NCBI GenBank assembly: GCA_009699865.1
Contig: WLNJ01000005.1
Span: 2,186-66,185 of the forward strand
DNA length: 64,000 nt
Direction: 5' to 3'
Source: Actinomycetota bacterium
GTDB lineage: Bacteria; Actinomycetota; Thermoleophilia; Solirubrobacterales; Solirubrobacteraceae
Within the stretch, counting starts at the first letter, position 1; every line of letters begins with the position of its first letter. Below are positions 37,243 to 47,019 of this stretch, piece after piece. The translations under genes and the position numbers were made by a program. The notes beneath the pieces were generated by a model that saw nothing but the letters and a program-made list of their open reading frames with translations, made no database searches and had not been told where the DNA came from.

Positions 37243-37670
37243 GAGCAGGGAACCTTGTGTCCAGATGCTTGTCACTGATTGCTGCGTTGGGGTGTGTCGT
37301 GCTGGCCGGATGTGGAACGCAACAGTCAGCGGATCTCTTCCAGGTCACGCGAACCGGAACGATCTCGGGCGCAAATTTGAAGCTCCTTGTTAACGACTCG
37401 GGCACTGTCACCTGTAATGGGGGAAAGCCGAGGGTCCTTCCGGGGCCGCTGCTGCTCGCCGCGCGTGCCTTGTCAGGGGATCTGGCGGCTGACGCGGGCA
37501 AGCCAGTTGCCGGGGATCCCCCGGTCAACTCTGTCTACCGGTTCCGTGTGAAGTCAGGAGCAGGCACGCTGGACTGGATTGACGGGAGTTTGGGCTTGCC
37601 TGACTCCTACTTGCGACTGTCTCAGTTCACGCGCACTGTTGCCAAGACCGTCTGCGGCCTCGCGCGCTAG
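37239..37670 (+). CDS. lipoprotein, function unknown
   Basis: Signal peptide with the lipobox VLAGC. ATGA overlap with the ggt stop. Confidence 0.55.
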   Translation: MRAGNLVSRCLSLIAALGCVVLAGCGTQQSADLFQVTRTGTISGANLKLLVNDSGTVTCNGGKPRVLPGPLLLAARALSGDLAADAGKPVAGDPPVNSVYRFRVKSGAGTLDWIDGSLGLPDSYLRLSQFTRTVAKTVCGLAR

Positions 37671-38329
37671 GACTCAGGTGGGGAGGCGTCGTGCGGTTCG
37701 TCGTCAGTGCCGAACCGAACTCGCCCGTTGCTCCCGCCGAGCGCCTCCGCCTTGCCAAGCATGGTCACCCGTTTCAGGGCTGCCTTGAAGAGACGCTCCA
37801 GCAGGCCGAGACGCGCTGCTTCATCGCGTAGCTCAAGCAGCGTCTGCTTGGCCTCAAGCCCAAAGTCAACTGTGGAAGCCATGTCATACGCGGTCATCTG
37901 TTCGAGGTCCTCGCCAGAGATCACGCGCTCGGTTGCCTGGGTGTAGAGGTCGGAGTAGACCGTCCGTGTTGTTGCGGCGGAGGCATCACCGGATGCGGGC
38001 GTGTCCTCGAGGAACACAACTGAGCCAGCCGGGTAGGGGAGGTTGTCGTTGCGGTCAAGGAGACGGAATGGGCGTGTCCCGCGGCAGATGATGTTCAAGC
38101 GGCCATCATCGGACTGCTCGACCACCTGTTCGACGACCACGGCGCACCCAACGTCACGCGTCTCGTCCTCAGACGCCCAGACGATCCCAAACTCTTTGTC
38201 CTCGGCGACACAGAGTCCGATCATCGTCTTGTAGCGCTCTTCGAAGATGTGCAGCGGGATGGGCTCCTCGGGTAGAGCTACTAGGCCCAGTGGGAAGAGC
38301 GGGAAGTCTGTTTCGACTGTGTCGGCCAT
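37667..38329 (-). CDS. LON N-terminal (substrate-binding) domain protein
   Basis: From ATG 38329: MADTVETDFPLFPLGLVALPEEPIPLHIFEERYKTMI. The longer ORF (to 38698) runs antisense into the photolyase gene and was rejected. Confidence 0.7.
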   Translation of the reverse strand: MADTVETDFPLFPLGLVALPEEPIPLHIFEERYKTMIGLCVAEDKEFGIVWASEDETRDVGCAVVVEQVVEQSDDGRLNIICRGTRPFRLLDRNDNLPYPAGSVVFLEDTPASGDASAATTRTVYSDLYTQATERVISGEDLEQMTAYDMASTVDFGLEAKQTLLELRDEAARLGLLERLFKAALKRVTMLGKAEALGGSNGRVRFGTDDEPHDASPPES

Positions 38330-38407
38330 CGCCACGATTGTAGGCAGGTTGGGAGTGAGGTTGGAGCGGATGAGCGCCAACGGGGCCGTGGCCGTAAGAA
38401 TCAGGGA

Positions 38408-39832
38408 ATGGCAACAACGACGATTCTTTGGCTCCGCCGCGACCTTCGCATTCACGACCACCCGGCGCTGGCAGCAGCATTGGCGGGCGCGGACCAGGTG
38501 CTGGCCGTGTTCGTGCTCGACCCTGCGGTCTACACGGGGCGTTGGGCGTCTGCCGACAGGACGGAAGCGCTGCTCGTAACGCTCAGGGAACTGCGCGGCG
38601 CATATGAGGCGCGCGGTGGCACCTTGGCAGTCCGAACCGGCGATGCGGAGGAGGTTCTGGTTGGCCTCGCCAAGGAGGTCGGGGCGGCTGAGGTGCATGC
38701 GACGACTGATGCGTCGCCGTTTGCGCTTGCGCGAGACAAGCGGGTCGCCGCGGCTCTTGACGGCGAGGGGCTAGGGCTGACTCGCCACCCGGGGATGTTC
38801 TGTGCGGATATCTCCAAAGTCAAGACACAGGACGGCCGGCCCTACGCAGTATTCACGCCGTTCTGGCGAAACTGGGAGCAGGCCCCTAGACGGGATGTCT
38901 TGGGGTCGCCAGACAGGATTAGCTCACCCGTGGTTGAGCAGGGTGAGATCCCCACGGTTGAGGCCCTTGGACTCCAGCGACTCCTCACTCAACCGTTGCC
39001 CGCAGGAGAAACTGCGGCTCGAGCCCGGATGGAGGAGTGGCTGAGCGATGGCGTCCACCTCTACAAGGATCTGCATAACGATGTTGCGCTTAGTACATCG
39101 CGCCTATCGCCATACCTTCACTTGGGCAGCTTGTCGGCTCGGGAGCTTGAACAGCGGGTGATGGAACTCTCGGGCGAACACCCGGCCGCATATCGCCGTC
39201 AGGTGGCCTGGAGGGACTTCTACGGCCATGTGCTGCTGTATTCGCCCACGAACACCAGAACGGCTTATCAGCCCAGATTCGACGCTCTGGAGTGGTCTGA
39301 TGACCCGGAGGGCTGGAAGGCGTGGTGTGAGGGAACAACTGGTTACCCCATGGTGGACGCCGGAATGCGCGAGCTTGCCGCCACTGGTTTCATGCACAAT
39401 CGCACTCGCATGGTGGTCGCATCGTTTCTAACCAAGAACCTCCACATCGATTATCGCGAGGGTGAAGCGTGGTTCATGAAGCTGCTGCTGGACGGCGACA
39501 CTTCGCAGAACAATGGCAACTGGCAGTGGACGGCTTCCCTTGGTGTTGACCCGGCGCCTTACTTCAAGCGAATCTTCAATCCGGTCCTTCAGCAGAAGAA
39601 GTTTGACCCCGATGGGATCTATGTCCGCCGCTGGGTCCCTGAGCTGAAGGATGTTCCCCTCAAGCGCCTGTTTGAGCCGTGGACAATGAGCGAGGCAGAG
39701 CAGGAAGCCGCTGGCTGTGTGATTGACCGTGACTACCCGGGGCCGATCGTGGATCACAAGCTGGAGCGTCTTCGTGCCATCGATCTGTATCGGGCCACTG
39801 CGCCCGCGACCGACACTGGCCCGCCTAGTTAG
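38408..39832 (+). CDS. phr: deoxyribodipyrimidine photolyase / cryptochrome family
   Basis: ILWLRRDLRIHDHPAL at the N-terminus. The FAD-binding C-terminus carries GYPMVDAGMREL..TGFMHNRTRMVVASFL and DGD...NNGNWQW. Confidence 0.9.
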   Translation: MATTTILWLRRDLRIHDHPALAAALAGADQVLAVFVLDPAVYTGRWASADRTEALLVTLRELRGAYEARGGTLAVRTGDAEEVLVGLAKEVGAAEVHATTDASPFALARDKRVAAALDGEGLGLTRHPGMFCADISKVKTQDGRPYAVFTPFWRNWEQAPRRDVLGSPDRISSPVVEQGEIPTVEALGLQRLLTQPLPAGETAARARMEEWLSDGVHLYKDLHNDVALSTSRLSPYLHLGSLSARELEQRVMELSGEHPAAYRRQVAWRDFYGHVLLYSPTNTRTAYQPRFDALEWSDDPEGWKAWCEGTTGYPMVDAGMRELAATGFMHNRTRMVVASFLTKNLHIDYREGEAWFMKLLLDGDTSQNNGNWQWTASLGVDPAPYFKRIFNPVLQQKKFDPDGIYVRRWVPELKDVPLKRLFEPWTMSEAEQEAAGCVIDRDYPGPIVDHKLERLRAIDLYRATAPATDTGPPS

Positions 39833-39845
39833 GCACGATTAGGGA

Positions 39846-41168
39846 ATGAGAGTCATCAACTGGGCAGACCTTGATGTCGGAGCACGCACGGCCCTCGTCG
39901 CGCGTGAGGCCACTGCGCGGGCGATGTTCGACCCTGCCCTTGGTGAGCAGATCAAGTCACTTGTTGATGATGTTGCCGCTCGCGGGGATCAGGCCGTCAC
40001 TGATGCCACCAAGAGGTTCGATGGCGTCACTCTGGACCCGGGCAGCTTGCTCCTGGGCCCAGCTGAGATTGCTGCTGGGGCAGATCAGATTTCGCCTGAG
40101 GTGAAGGAGGCGATTGCTGTTGCCATCCGCTCCTCGCGAGCCTTCAATGAGGCCGCAGTACCCGAACGGGAGTGGCGCAAGGCGATGTCTGAGGGGTATG
40201 AGGTGGGGGAGAAGATCACTCCGATTACATCGGTGGGTCTGTTCGTGCCAGCAGGGAAGGGTTCGTTCCCGTCCGTTCTGATTCAGATTGGAACGCCGGC
40301 GGCTGTTGCTGGAGTTGCCCAGCAGCTTGTGATCGTGCCGCCCGATCCAGCGACTGGATTGCCAGACCCCGCCGTCCTTGAGGTTGCACGCCAACTTGAC
40401 ATAACCCAGGTCCTCTGTGCAAACGGCCCGGCTGGCGTGGCCGCTGCCGCGCTTGGGACTGAGTCCATTCCGCAGGTGGTCAAGGTAGTGGGGCCAGGCA
40501 GTCCACCTGTGTCAGCGGCGATGTTGGAGTGTCAGCGTCGTGGCTGTGTGACCCAGATGGTCCTAGGCCCAACCGAGAGCGTGATCGTCGCCGACCGGTC
40601 AGCTGATCTAGACCGACTCGCGGCCGACCTTCTCAACGAGGCCGAGCACGGCCCTGATTCATCGGCATTCCTGATCACCGCAGACGCGGAGATTGTCGAG
40701 CCGCTCAGCGAACGGGTCGAAGCTAGGCTCGACGACCTTCCAGCGCAGCGGGCCGAGTGGGCGAGGATCGCAATCACGGACAACGGCGGGGTCATCGTCG
40801 TTTCCGACCTGGCTCAAGCCGCAGCGCTAGTAGACGAGATCGCACCAGAGCATGTTCAGCTGGCGGTAGCCGACCCGGAGGCCCTCCTGGGGTTGATCAG
40901 CCATGCAGGAGAGGTTCTGTTAGGCCAGGGCGCCTCCTTCAGCCTCGCCAACTACACCGTTGGAGTGCCGGCCTCCCTGCCGACCGGGCGATTTGCACGC
41001 GTGTCATCCGGAATCACGGTCGAGACGTTCCTGAAGCGCACGTCGGTTGCAAAGCTCACCGATGCCGCGGCCGAAACGGTTGCCGAGGCAGCCCTCAAGC
41101 TGGCTGAGCACGAAGACTTCCCCGCACACGCCGCTGCGCTCCGCGCCCGACGTGCCCCTTCCTCATAA
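39846..41168 (+). CDS. hisD: histidinol dehydrogenase
   Basis: 440 aa with ARGDQAVTDATKRFDGV, LLNEAEHGPDS and IAPEHVQL motifs. No other his genes are adjacent. Confidence 0.8.
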   Translation: MRVINWADLDVGARTALVAREATARAMFDPALGEQIKSLVDDVAARGDQAVTDATKRFDGVTLDPGSLLLGPAEIAAGADQISPEVKEAIAVAIRSSRAFNEAAVPEREWRKAMSEGYEVGEKITPITSVGLFVPAGKGSFPSVLIQIGTPAAVAGVAQQLVIVPPDPATGLPDPAVLEVARQLDITQVLCANGPAGVAAAALGTESIPQVVKVVGPGSPPVSAAMLECQRRGCVTQMVLGPTESVIVADRSADLDRLAADLLNEAEHGPDSSAFLITADAEIVEPLSERVEARLDDLPAQRAEWARIAITDNGGVIVVSDLAQAAALVDEIAPEHVQLAVADPEALLGLISHAGEVLLGQGASFSLANYTVGVPASLPTGRFARVSSGITVETFLKRTSVAKLTDAAAETVAEAALKLAEHEDFPAHAAALRARRAPSS

Positions 41169-41194
41169 CCTCTCGTTATTGGGATCATTCGTAG

Positions 41195-41227
41195 GAACGC
41201 CCACTGATTGGGGGTTCTTCTTGTTTT
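41195..41227 (+). terminator. intrinsic terminator after hisD
   Basis: Stem gaacgccca / tgggggttc with one mismatch, loop ctgat, then ttcttgtttt. Confidence 0.55.
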
Positions 41228-41290
41228 GACCTCTTCAAGAGGACTAAGTTGGTTATAGAGCAATTCCCAACATTCAAGAGGAGCTTCCAC

Positions 41291-41848
41291 ATGTCTCACA
41301 CCCACCAGAGTTCACACAACGAAGGCCACATGGACTGGACCGTCGTCATTTCAGGTGTAGGTGCCTTCCTCGCCGCGCTGGCGATCGTTGTAGCTCTGTT
41401 CGCCTACAGCAAGGCAAGCAGCGCATCCACGGTCGACTCTGCAAGTAACAGCGTTGCTTCCCCTCCAGCTGCGTCCGCCCCAGCTGCGGCAGTACCAGCA
41501 GCTGCAGCTAGCGCCCCAACTGCTGGCACTGCAATCAACGCCAACCTTGGCGAAATGTTCATCAAGCTGAGTGGGGCCACGGCTCCAGCCGGCCAAGTTA
41601 GCTTCACAACCAAGAACAGCGGTGCGGTCCCCCACGAAATGGTGATCGTCAAGACCGACAAGGCAGCCAATGCCCTCGGAACAGGCGCACGAGTACCTGA
41701 GGCGGGAAGTATCGGCGAGACCGGCGACGTCGAGATGGGTAAGACCAAGACAGTCAAGTTCAATATGAAGCCAGGGCACTATGCGCTGATCTGCAACCTG
41801 CCAGGACATTACGCAGGAGGGATGCGGGCTGACTTCACAGTCAAGTAG
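41291..41848 (+). CDS. membrane-anchored cupredoxin (blue-copper) protein
   Basis: N-terminal TM helix and an Ala/Pro linker. The type-1 copper ligand pattern is H (VPHEMVIV) ... C-x2-PGH-x4-M (ALICNLPGHYAGGM). AAGAGGAG lies upstream of ATG 41291. Confidence 0.7.
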   Translation: MSHTHQSSHNEGHMDWTVVISGVGAFLAALAIVVALFAYSKASSASTVDSASNSVASPPAASAPAAAVPAAAASAPTAGTAINANLGEMFIKLSGATAPAGQVSFTTKNSGAVPHEMVIVKTDKAANALGTGARVPEAGSIGETGDVEMGKTKTVKFNMKPGHYALICNLPGHYAGGMRADFTVK

Positions 41849-41877
41849 CAGCCTCCAGAAAGGGAGAAGTTAGGTTT

Positions 41878-41901
41878 GCGCCCCGGCCAAGGTTGGGGCG
41901 C
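41878..41901. terminator. GC-rich hairpin between convergent genes
   Basis: gcgcccc ... ggggcgc, a 7-bp stem extendable with G-U pairs. No U-tract on either strand. Confidence 0.35.
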
Positions 41902-41924
41902 AGGTCGTACCTAGACCCAATGCG

Positions 41925-42875
41925 TTAAGGCTTCTCGGCGCCGATCATCAGGTTGTAGAAGATCGAAGCTGGAAGACGGCCCTCAAGGAGAGCGCGGTCA
42001 ACCTTCTGCAAGGCGAGGTAGCCGCGGTAGGCGTAGTTACGCCAAGCCATTGGAACATCGGCCGGGTCGGCAGTCGCTTCAAGCGTGCGGTTGGTCCAGC
42101 CAAACCAGTTGGCCAGAAGCTCTTCGCCGACAACACCGACGTGCTCAAAGCCTGCCGCCAGGGCTGGCTCGCTCAGAGCCTTGGGCTCAAAGGCGTGCAC
42201 ATCGACGCACTGCTCAAGGCTGTGGTCATGCTCGGAGCCTGAGCCATCAGCATGGGCAGCCGGTGCTGGCTTGGCGCGCATAATTGCCCTCCACGCTGGC
42301 GCAGCGCGGCCTGCTGCGCCCTTAGGCACGCGGGCAATGCGGTCACCAAGCTTTGATGGCTCGCCACCGAAGAACAGACGTCCTCCGGGCTTGAGCACTC
42401 TGAAGAACTCGGCGAATGAGGCCTCAAGGTCTGGGAGATGATGCAAGACGGCGTGACCAATCACGGTGTCAACGGAAGCATCAGGCAATGGAAGGGATCC
42501 GGCTTCGCAGCAGTGGGTCTCGACTTTCAGATCCAAGCGCTTCGCGTTGGCCTCAAGTGCGACGATCATGCCCGGTGAGATATCAGTCGCCACAACTGAG
42601 TCGCAGGCGCCGCCGAGCAGCAGGTTGAGGGAGAAATAGCCGGTTCCGCAGCCGATCTCAACAATGCGACCAAGGTCCGGCAGGGGGCTTCCTAGGACCT
42701 TCTCCAGCTTGCCGGTGACCTGGCTGAACCCGACGGGTCCGAAGTCAATTCCCCACTTGGAGTCGTAGGTGACGGCGGCCACATCGTGGTAGCGCTCGTT
42801 GACGTCACGGATCTCATCGGCTGTCGAGGGGGCAGTCATTAGGGCTTGGACTCTACCCTTCACAGTCGTGACCAA
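41925..42875 (-). CDS. class I SAM-dependent methyltransferase
   Basis: SAM motif I is VEIGCGTGY, followed by post-I DISPGM. Alternative start is ATG 42839. Confidence 0.75.
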   Translation of the reverse strand: MVTTVKGRVQALMTAPSTADEIRDVNERYHDVAAVTYDSKWGIDFGPVGFSQVTGKLEKVLGSPLPDLGRIVEIGCGTGYFSLNLLLGGACDSVVATDISPGMIVALEANAKRLDLKVETHCCEAGSLPLPDASVDTVIGHAVLHHLPDLEASFAEFFRVLKPGGRLFFGGEPSKLGDRIARVPKGAAGRAAPAWRAIMRAKPAPAAHADGSGSEHDHSLEQCVDVHAFEPKALSEPALAAGFEHVGVVGEELLANWFGWTNRTLEATADPADVPMAWRNYAYRGYLALQKVDRALLEGRLPASIFYNLMIGAEKP

Positions 42876-43626
42876 GTTCTTCCAAGAAAATCAACCCGAT
42901 GGAGTACCCCCGCTTGAGCTGACCGGCGAGCGGACGCTCCCTGACGTGCCCGAGGAGAACTACTGGTACCGCCGCCACCTGGCTGTCTACGAGTGGATCA
43001 CCGACCGCGTTGAAGGCAAGCGCGTTGTTGACCTTGCATGCGGTGAGGGCTATGGCACCGGCCTGATGGCCACAAAAGCCAAATCGGTTGTCGGAGTTGA
43101 GGCCAACCCGGAGACATTTGAGCATGCTCGGCTGCGTTACACGGGCGACAACATCCGCTTTGAGCGCACTCTCGTTGAGATGTTTGACGAGGAGGTTGAT
43201 GTCGCCGTCTTCCTCCAGACCATCGAACATGTTGAGGACGCAGGCGCAATCCTCGAGAAGATCAAGAGCAACCTTGCCCCGGGCGGAGTGGCCTACATCA
43301 GCACCCCGAATGTTCTGACCCTTGCCCCTCCAGGCAAGGACCGGTCAGACAACCCGTTCCACATCTACGAGTACAGGCCTGACGAGTACCTAGAGCTATG
43401 CCTTGACCACTTCCCAAATGTAGAGATGTACGGGCTGTTCCACGCGCGCGTCCTGCGAGCCCATGAGGTTGCAATCAAGTACGGCTGGGACACGGTCCAC
43501 GCCAAGCTTCACATCACTAAGCCGTTCTACGACAGGTTCACCCCGGCGATCAAGAGCAAGGACTTCGCGCTCAAGACAACGGACCTGAACGGCTCGCTGG
43601 ACCTGCTCGCCGTCTGCCGGGTATGA
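42868..43626 (+). CDS. class I SAM-dependent methyltransferase
   Basis: SAM motif I is VVDLACGEGYGT. I chose GTG 42868 because the ORF-track start 42799 overlaps the divergent gene. The stop overlaps the next gene's ATG (ATGA). Confidence 0.7.
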   Translation: MTKFFQENQPDGVPPLELTGERTLPDVPEENYWYRRHLAVYEWITDRVEGKRVVDLACGEGYGTGLMATKAKSVVGVEANPETFEHARLRYTGDNIRFERTLVEMFDEEVDVAVFLQTIEHVEDAGAILEKIKSNLAPGGVAYISTPNVLTLAPPGKDRSDNPFHIYEYRPDEYLELCLDHFPNVEMYGLFHARVLRAHEVAIKYGWDTVHAKLHITKPFYDRFTPAIKSKDFALKTTDLNGSLDLLAVCRV

Positions 43627-45038
43627 CCGGTCGGCCACCGGGGCGTGGGGGCTCGCTTGCGATTGTCCTCCACACACACATGCCCTTTGTGCTCGGACAT
43701 GGAACGTGGCCATTTGGCGACGAGTGGCTTTGGGAGGCAATAGCAACCTCGTACCTCCCACTGCTTGATCTCCTTGACGCTGGCGCACCACTAACGCTCT
43801 CTGTTACGCCAGTTTTGGCTGACCAGCTGGAAAGCCCGGACGTTTACGAGCAGTGCCGCACCTTCCTGCGTGAGCTGCGACCAATGACCCACGCACTTGA
43901 CATTGAGGAGGCCGGGAAGCAAGGGCGCGAGGATGTTGCCAAGGCTTTGTTGGTCTCGGCCGCTGACTACGACAACGCTGCTGACCGCTGGGATGAGATT
44001 GGCGGCGACCTAGTCACCGCTTGGGGCCAACACGCTGTCTGGACATCCAGCGCGACGCATGAGGTCCTGCCGCTGGCCGCAGTTGACGGCGCCGTCCGGA
44101 TGCAGCTGGAATCTGGGATTGCATCGCACCGCCGCAGGTTCTCCCCATGGCGGGGGGGTTTTTGGATGCCAGAATGCGCGCACGCACCATGGATGGACCG
44201 ACTGTTGGCGGAGGCTGGGGTCCATACGACGGTCGTTGACTGGACCGATGTCCTCGGCAAGGGGGGCGCTCGCAACCTTGTTCCCCACAAGTCCCCGGAG
44301 GGCCCGACCTTTGTTCCGATGGACCGCGAGCTGGTGGACCTCGTCTGGGCTGACGGTGGCTACCCCGGCGGTCCCGCTTACCGAAATCATCATGGTCTGA
44401 CGACACATCACCACCGCGCTTGGGCCAATGATGGCCAGGCCTATGACCCAGCCCGCGCGCTCGAAGCTGCTCGCTTGGATGCGCAGGATTTTGTTGACAA
44501 CGTGGAGCGCAGGCTGTCTGAGGCAGTAGGCGCTGGACCCAGCCCACTTGCAGTGCTCGCGATTGACACGGAACTGTTTGGCCACTGGTGGCACGAAGGC
44601 GTGATCTGGCTTGAGGCGGTCATTGCTGAGGCAGAGCACAGGGGCTTGCTGATCGAGAAGCTCGACGATGCCGTTGAGCGGCGCCGACCCGTGCAGATAC
44701 GCGAGGACTTCCCCGAGACAACTTGGGGCCGTAACCGCACCCTTGAAACTTGGTCCGGTCCGAAGTCGGCGGAGTTTGCCTGGCGGATCCGCGCGACCGA
44801 GTTGGCAATCAGAGCCGCAGGCCCAGATGTTGCGTCCCAAGAGACATTGAGAGCGCTGATGGCATTGGAGGCCTCGGACTGGGCATTCCTGCACGACGGT
44901 GGGGCAACGGGCGACTATCCAGCCGAGCGCGCAGCCGGACATCTAGCCGCTCTGCGGGGCGGGGTAGACTCAGCAGTGCACGACCAACTGGCCCTACTCG
45001 CACCGGACCTTCGGTCAAACGCACTCTTCGCACCATGA
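43623..45038 (+). CDS. GH57-family alpha-glucan branching-enzyme-like protein
   Basis: LAIVLHTHMPFV..HGTWPFGDEWLWEAIATSYLPLL is the characteristic GH57 (DUF1957-containing) N-terminus. Also ELFGHWW. Confidence 0.85.
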   Translation: MTGRPPGRGGSLAIVLHTHMPFVLGHGTWPFGDEWLWEAIATSYLPLLDLLDAGAPLTLSVTPVLADQLESPDVYEQCRTFLRELRPMTHALDIEEAGKQGREDVAKALLVSAADYDNAADRWDEIGGDLVTAWGQHAVWTSSATHEVLPLAAVDGAVRMQLESGIASHRRRFSPWRGGFWMPECAHAPWMDRLLAEAGVHTTVVDWTDVLGKGGARNLVPHKSPEGPTFVPMDRELVDLVWADGGYPGGPAYRNHHGLTTHHHRAWANDGQAYDPARALEAARLDAQDFVDNVERRLSEAVGAGPSPLAVLAIDTELFGHWWHEGVIWLEAVIAEAEHRGLLIEKLDDAVERRRPVQIREDFPETTWGRNRTLETWSGPKSAEFAWRIRATELAIRAAGPDVASQETLRALMALEASDWAFLHDGGATGDYPAERAAGHLAALRGGVDSAVHDQLALLAPDLRSNALFAP

Positions 45039-46228
45039 GCAAGCCACGCGTACTGATTCTGTCTTGGGAATACCCGCCGATTGTTGAGGGTGGTTTGGCA
45101 CGCCATGTGCGCAAGCTCTCTGAGCAACTGGTCGCCACCGACGGGGCAGAGGTTCACGTGCTCACCCGCGGAGACGACACCTCACCGGCCGAAGAGGAGA
45201 TGGACGGGGTTCACGTGCACCGCGTTGTCGAGCCCAGCCGGCCGAACGACCTTGGCGAGTTCATCGCTTGGATCGAGCACATGAACGCAGACCTGCTTGC
45301 CGCCGGCGTCGAACTAGGCGACCGTTACGACTTCGACCTTGTCCACGGTCACGACTGGCTTGTGGCCGGGGCGGGCGATCACCTTGCCAAGCGGTTCCGC
45401 TGTCCACTTGTCATGACCGTTCACGCAACTGAGTACGGCAGGCACCAAGGTTGGATCGAGGACCATCCCCAGTCGCACATCCACGGTGTCGAACGGTGGA
45501 TGACAAACAGGGCTGACCGCGTGATCGCCTGCTCGGCCTACATGCGCGACCACATCACTGACATCTACGCGCTCGACGAGGGCTCAGTCGAAGTGATCCC
45601 CAATGGCATTGACCCAATGGACCTTGTCCCCGTCGATGACCTTGACACCCTGCGTGGAAAGTTTGCCAAGCCAGATGAGAGGCTCATCCTCCTAGTTGGA
45701 CGGCTGGTCTACGAGAAGGGCTTCCACCTCGCACTCGAGGCACTCCCGGGGATCATCGAGACGCTCGGCAATGTCCGTTTTCTCGTTGCCGGCTCAGGCA
45801 CGGCTGAAGCCGACCTGAAGGCTCAGGCCACGAAGCTTGGCCTTGACGACCACGGCACATTCCTTGGTTGGATCGGCGACGACGCACTCCACTCGCTCTA
45901 CCGAATAGCTGACCTGACAGTGGTCCCAAGCTTGTATGAACCGTTCGGGCTTGTGGCCCTAGAGGCAATGGCTTCCGGCTGTCCGTGCATCGTCGCTGAC
46001 ACCGGCGGTCTGCGTGAGGTTGTGCCTGAGGGCGACAAGGTGGGACTCAGGTTCAACGGTGGTGACGCAGAACACCTCGCGATCATGATTGAGCGCCTAC
46101 TCAGCGATGACGTGCTGCGAGACCGTCTGGTTGCTGAGGCTTCCGAACATGTACTGAGCTTTGACTGGGCTGATGTAGCCCGCTCAACAGCAGTCGTCTA
46201 CCGCGACCTGCTCGCGGTCAGCGCCTAA
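45035..46228 (+). CDS. GT4-family alpha-glucosyltransferase (glycogen-synthase-like)
   Basis: From ATG 45035 (ATGA overlap): MSKPRVLILSWEYPPIVEGGLARHV. The C-terminal EX7E region is PSLYEPFGLVALEAMASG. The upstream part of the 44750 ORF is rejected. Confidence 0.85.
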   Translation: MSKPRVLILSWEYPPIVEGGLARHVRKLSEQLVATDGAEVHVLTRGDDTSPAEEEMDGVHVHRVVEPSRPNDLGEFIAWIEHMNADLLAAGVELGDRYDFDLVHGHDWLVAGAGDHLAKRFRCPLVMTVHATEYGRHQGWIEDHPQSHIHGVERWMTNRADRVIACSAYMRDHITDIYALDEGSVEVIPNGIDPMDLVPVDDLDTLRGKFAKPDERLILLVGRLVYEKGFHLALEALPGIIETLGNVRFLVAGSGTAEADLKAQATKLGLDDHGTFLGWIGDDALHSLYRIADLTVVPSLYEPFGLVALEAMASGCPCIVADTGGLREVVPEGDKVGLRFNGGDAEHLAIMIERLLSDDVLRDRLVAEASEHVLSFDWADVARSTAVVYRDLLAVSA

Positions 46229-47019
46229 CCCCAGCGCATTGACTGCGGGGTCTCGCGCATTCGCAAGACCTTCGCGGGGGCACCGCCCATGATGGCGTTG
46301 TCGGGCACGTCCTTGGTCACCACTGAGTTGGTGCCGATGATCGTGTTGTCGCCGACAGTCACGCCGCGCAGAATGCAGGCGCCGTAGCCGATCCAGCAGT
46401 TGTGGCCAACCCGGACATCGCGCTTGTAGATCCCCTGAGCTCGGATGGGGCGGTCTACCTCCGCGGCGCCGTGGTCAAAATCGATCAGCATCACTCGGTC
46501 GGCGAGGATGCACTCCCGGCCAATTGAGACATGTTGGAAGGAGCTGATCGTGCACTCCTGACCGAACACGGTCTTGGCGCCGATGACCACCTCACCCTCG
46601 TGGGCACGGATTTTGCACCCGTTGCCGATCCATGACCAGCGGCCGAGGTGGACCTTCGCTTCCTTGCCGATCTCGAAGGTGACATCCGGGCAGATGAAAC
46701 AGAGACCATCCGTGACCAGCCGGCCACGCCAGCGGGCTTTCAGCCAGACCCAGCGCGCCACCATCCGGAAGTACTGAAAGTTGAGCATGTGACTCGAGTG
46801 CATGAACCGCAGCAGCGCGAACGGTCCTCCGTGCGGTGGACCCGGCGGTAGCCGGACAGCATCGGACTGAGTTTCGCTGGGGTGAATGGTCTGGACGTGT
46901 TCCACACTGGGGATGGTAAATCGCCGGGCCTGTTGGAGGAGGTCAGGCAGGACAGGCACCGGGATCGGCACACGGGGCTGGAGTGGCATGATCCGTACCA
47001 ATGGCCGCGAAGGGAACAA
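46225..47019 (-). CDS. hexapeptide-repeat (LbH) acetyltransferase
   Basis: Left-handed beta-helix repeats in the C-terminal half (IGHNCWIGYGACILRGVTVGDNTIIGTNSVV). Its stop overlaps the convergent GT4 stop. Confidence 0.75.
   Translation of the reverse strand: MFPSRPLVRIMPLQPRVPIPVPVLPDLLQQARRFTIPSVEHVQTIHPSETQSDAVRLPPGPPHGGPFALLRFMHSSHMLNFQYFRMVARWVWLKARWRGRLVTDGLCFICPDVTFEIGKEAKVHLGRWSWIGNGCKIRAHEGEVVIGAKTVFGQECTISSFQHVSIGRECILADRVMLIDFDHGAAEVDRPIRAQGIYKRDVRVGHNCWIGYGACILRGVTVGDNTIIGTNSVVTKDVPDNAIMGGAPAKVLRMRETPQSMRWG

Noticed and set aside
38330-38698. N-terminal 123 codons of the 343-aa minus-strand ORF (LON N-domain gene)
   Set aside because: This part runs antisense through the photolyase 5' region and is Arg/Cys-rich. 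The LON N-terminal domain consensus starts right after ATG 38329.
41878-41901. Hairpins at 41878-41901, 26168-26182 and 47952-47995 as true intrinsic terminators
   Set aside because: The stems are present, but no U-tract follows on either strand. I report only the first, at low confidence. The others are too weak (3-nt loop, or a 13-nt loop with a mismatch).
44010-44942. 310-aa and 177-aa minus-strand ORFs inside the GH57 gene
   Set aside because: They are antisense to a gene with the characteristic GH57 N-terminus. No motifs are present.
44750-45034. 5' extension of the GT4 ORF (start at 44750)
   Set aside because: The extension overlaps the GH57 coding region in another frame and translates to Arg/Ser-rich sequence. 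ATG 45035 gives the canonical MSKPRVLIL...EGGLARHV N-terminus and an ATGA overlap.
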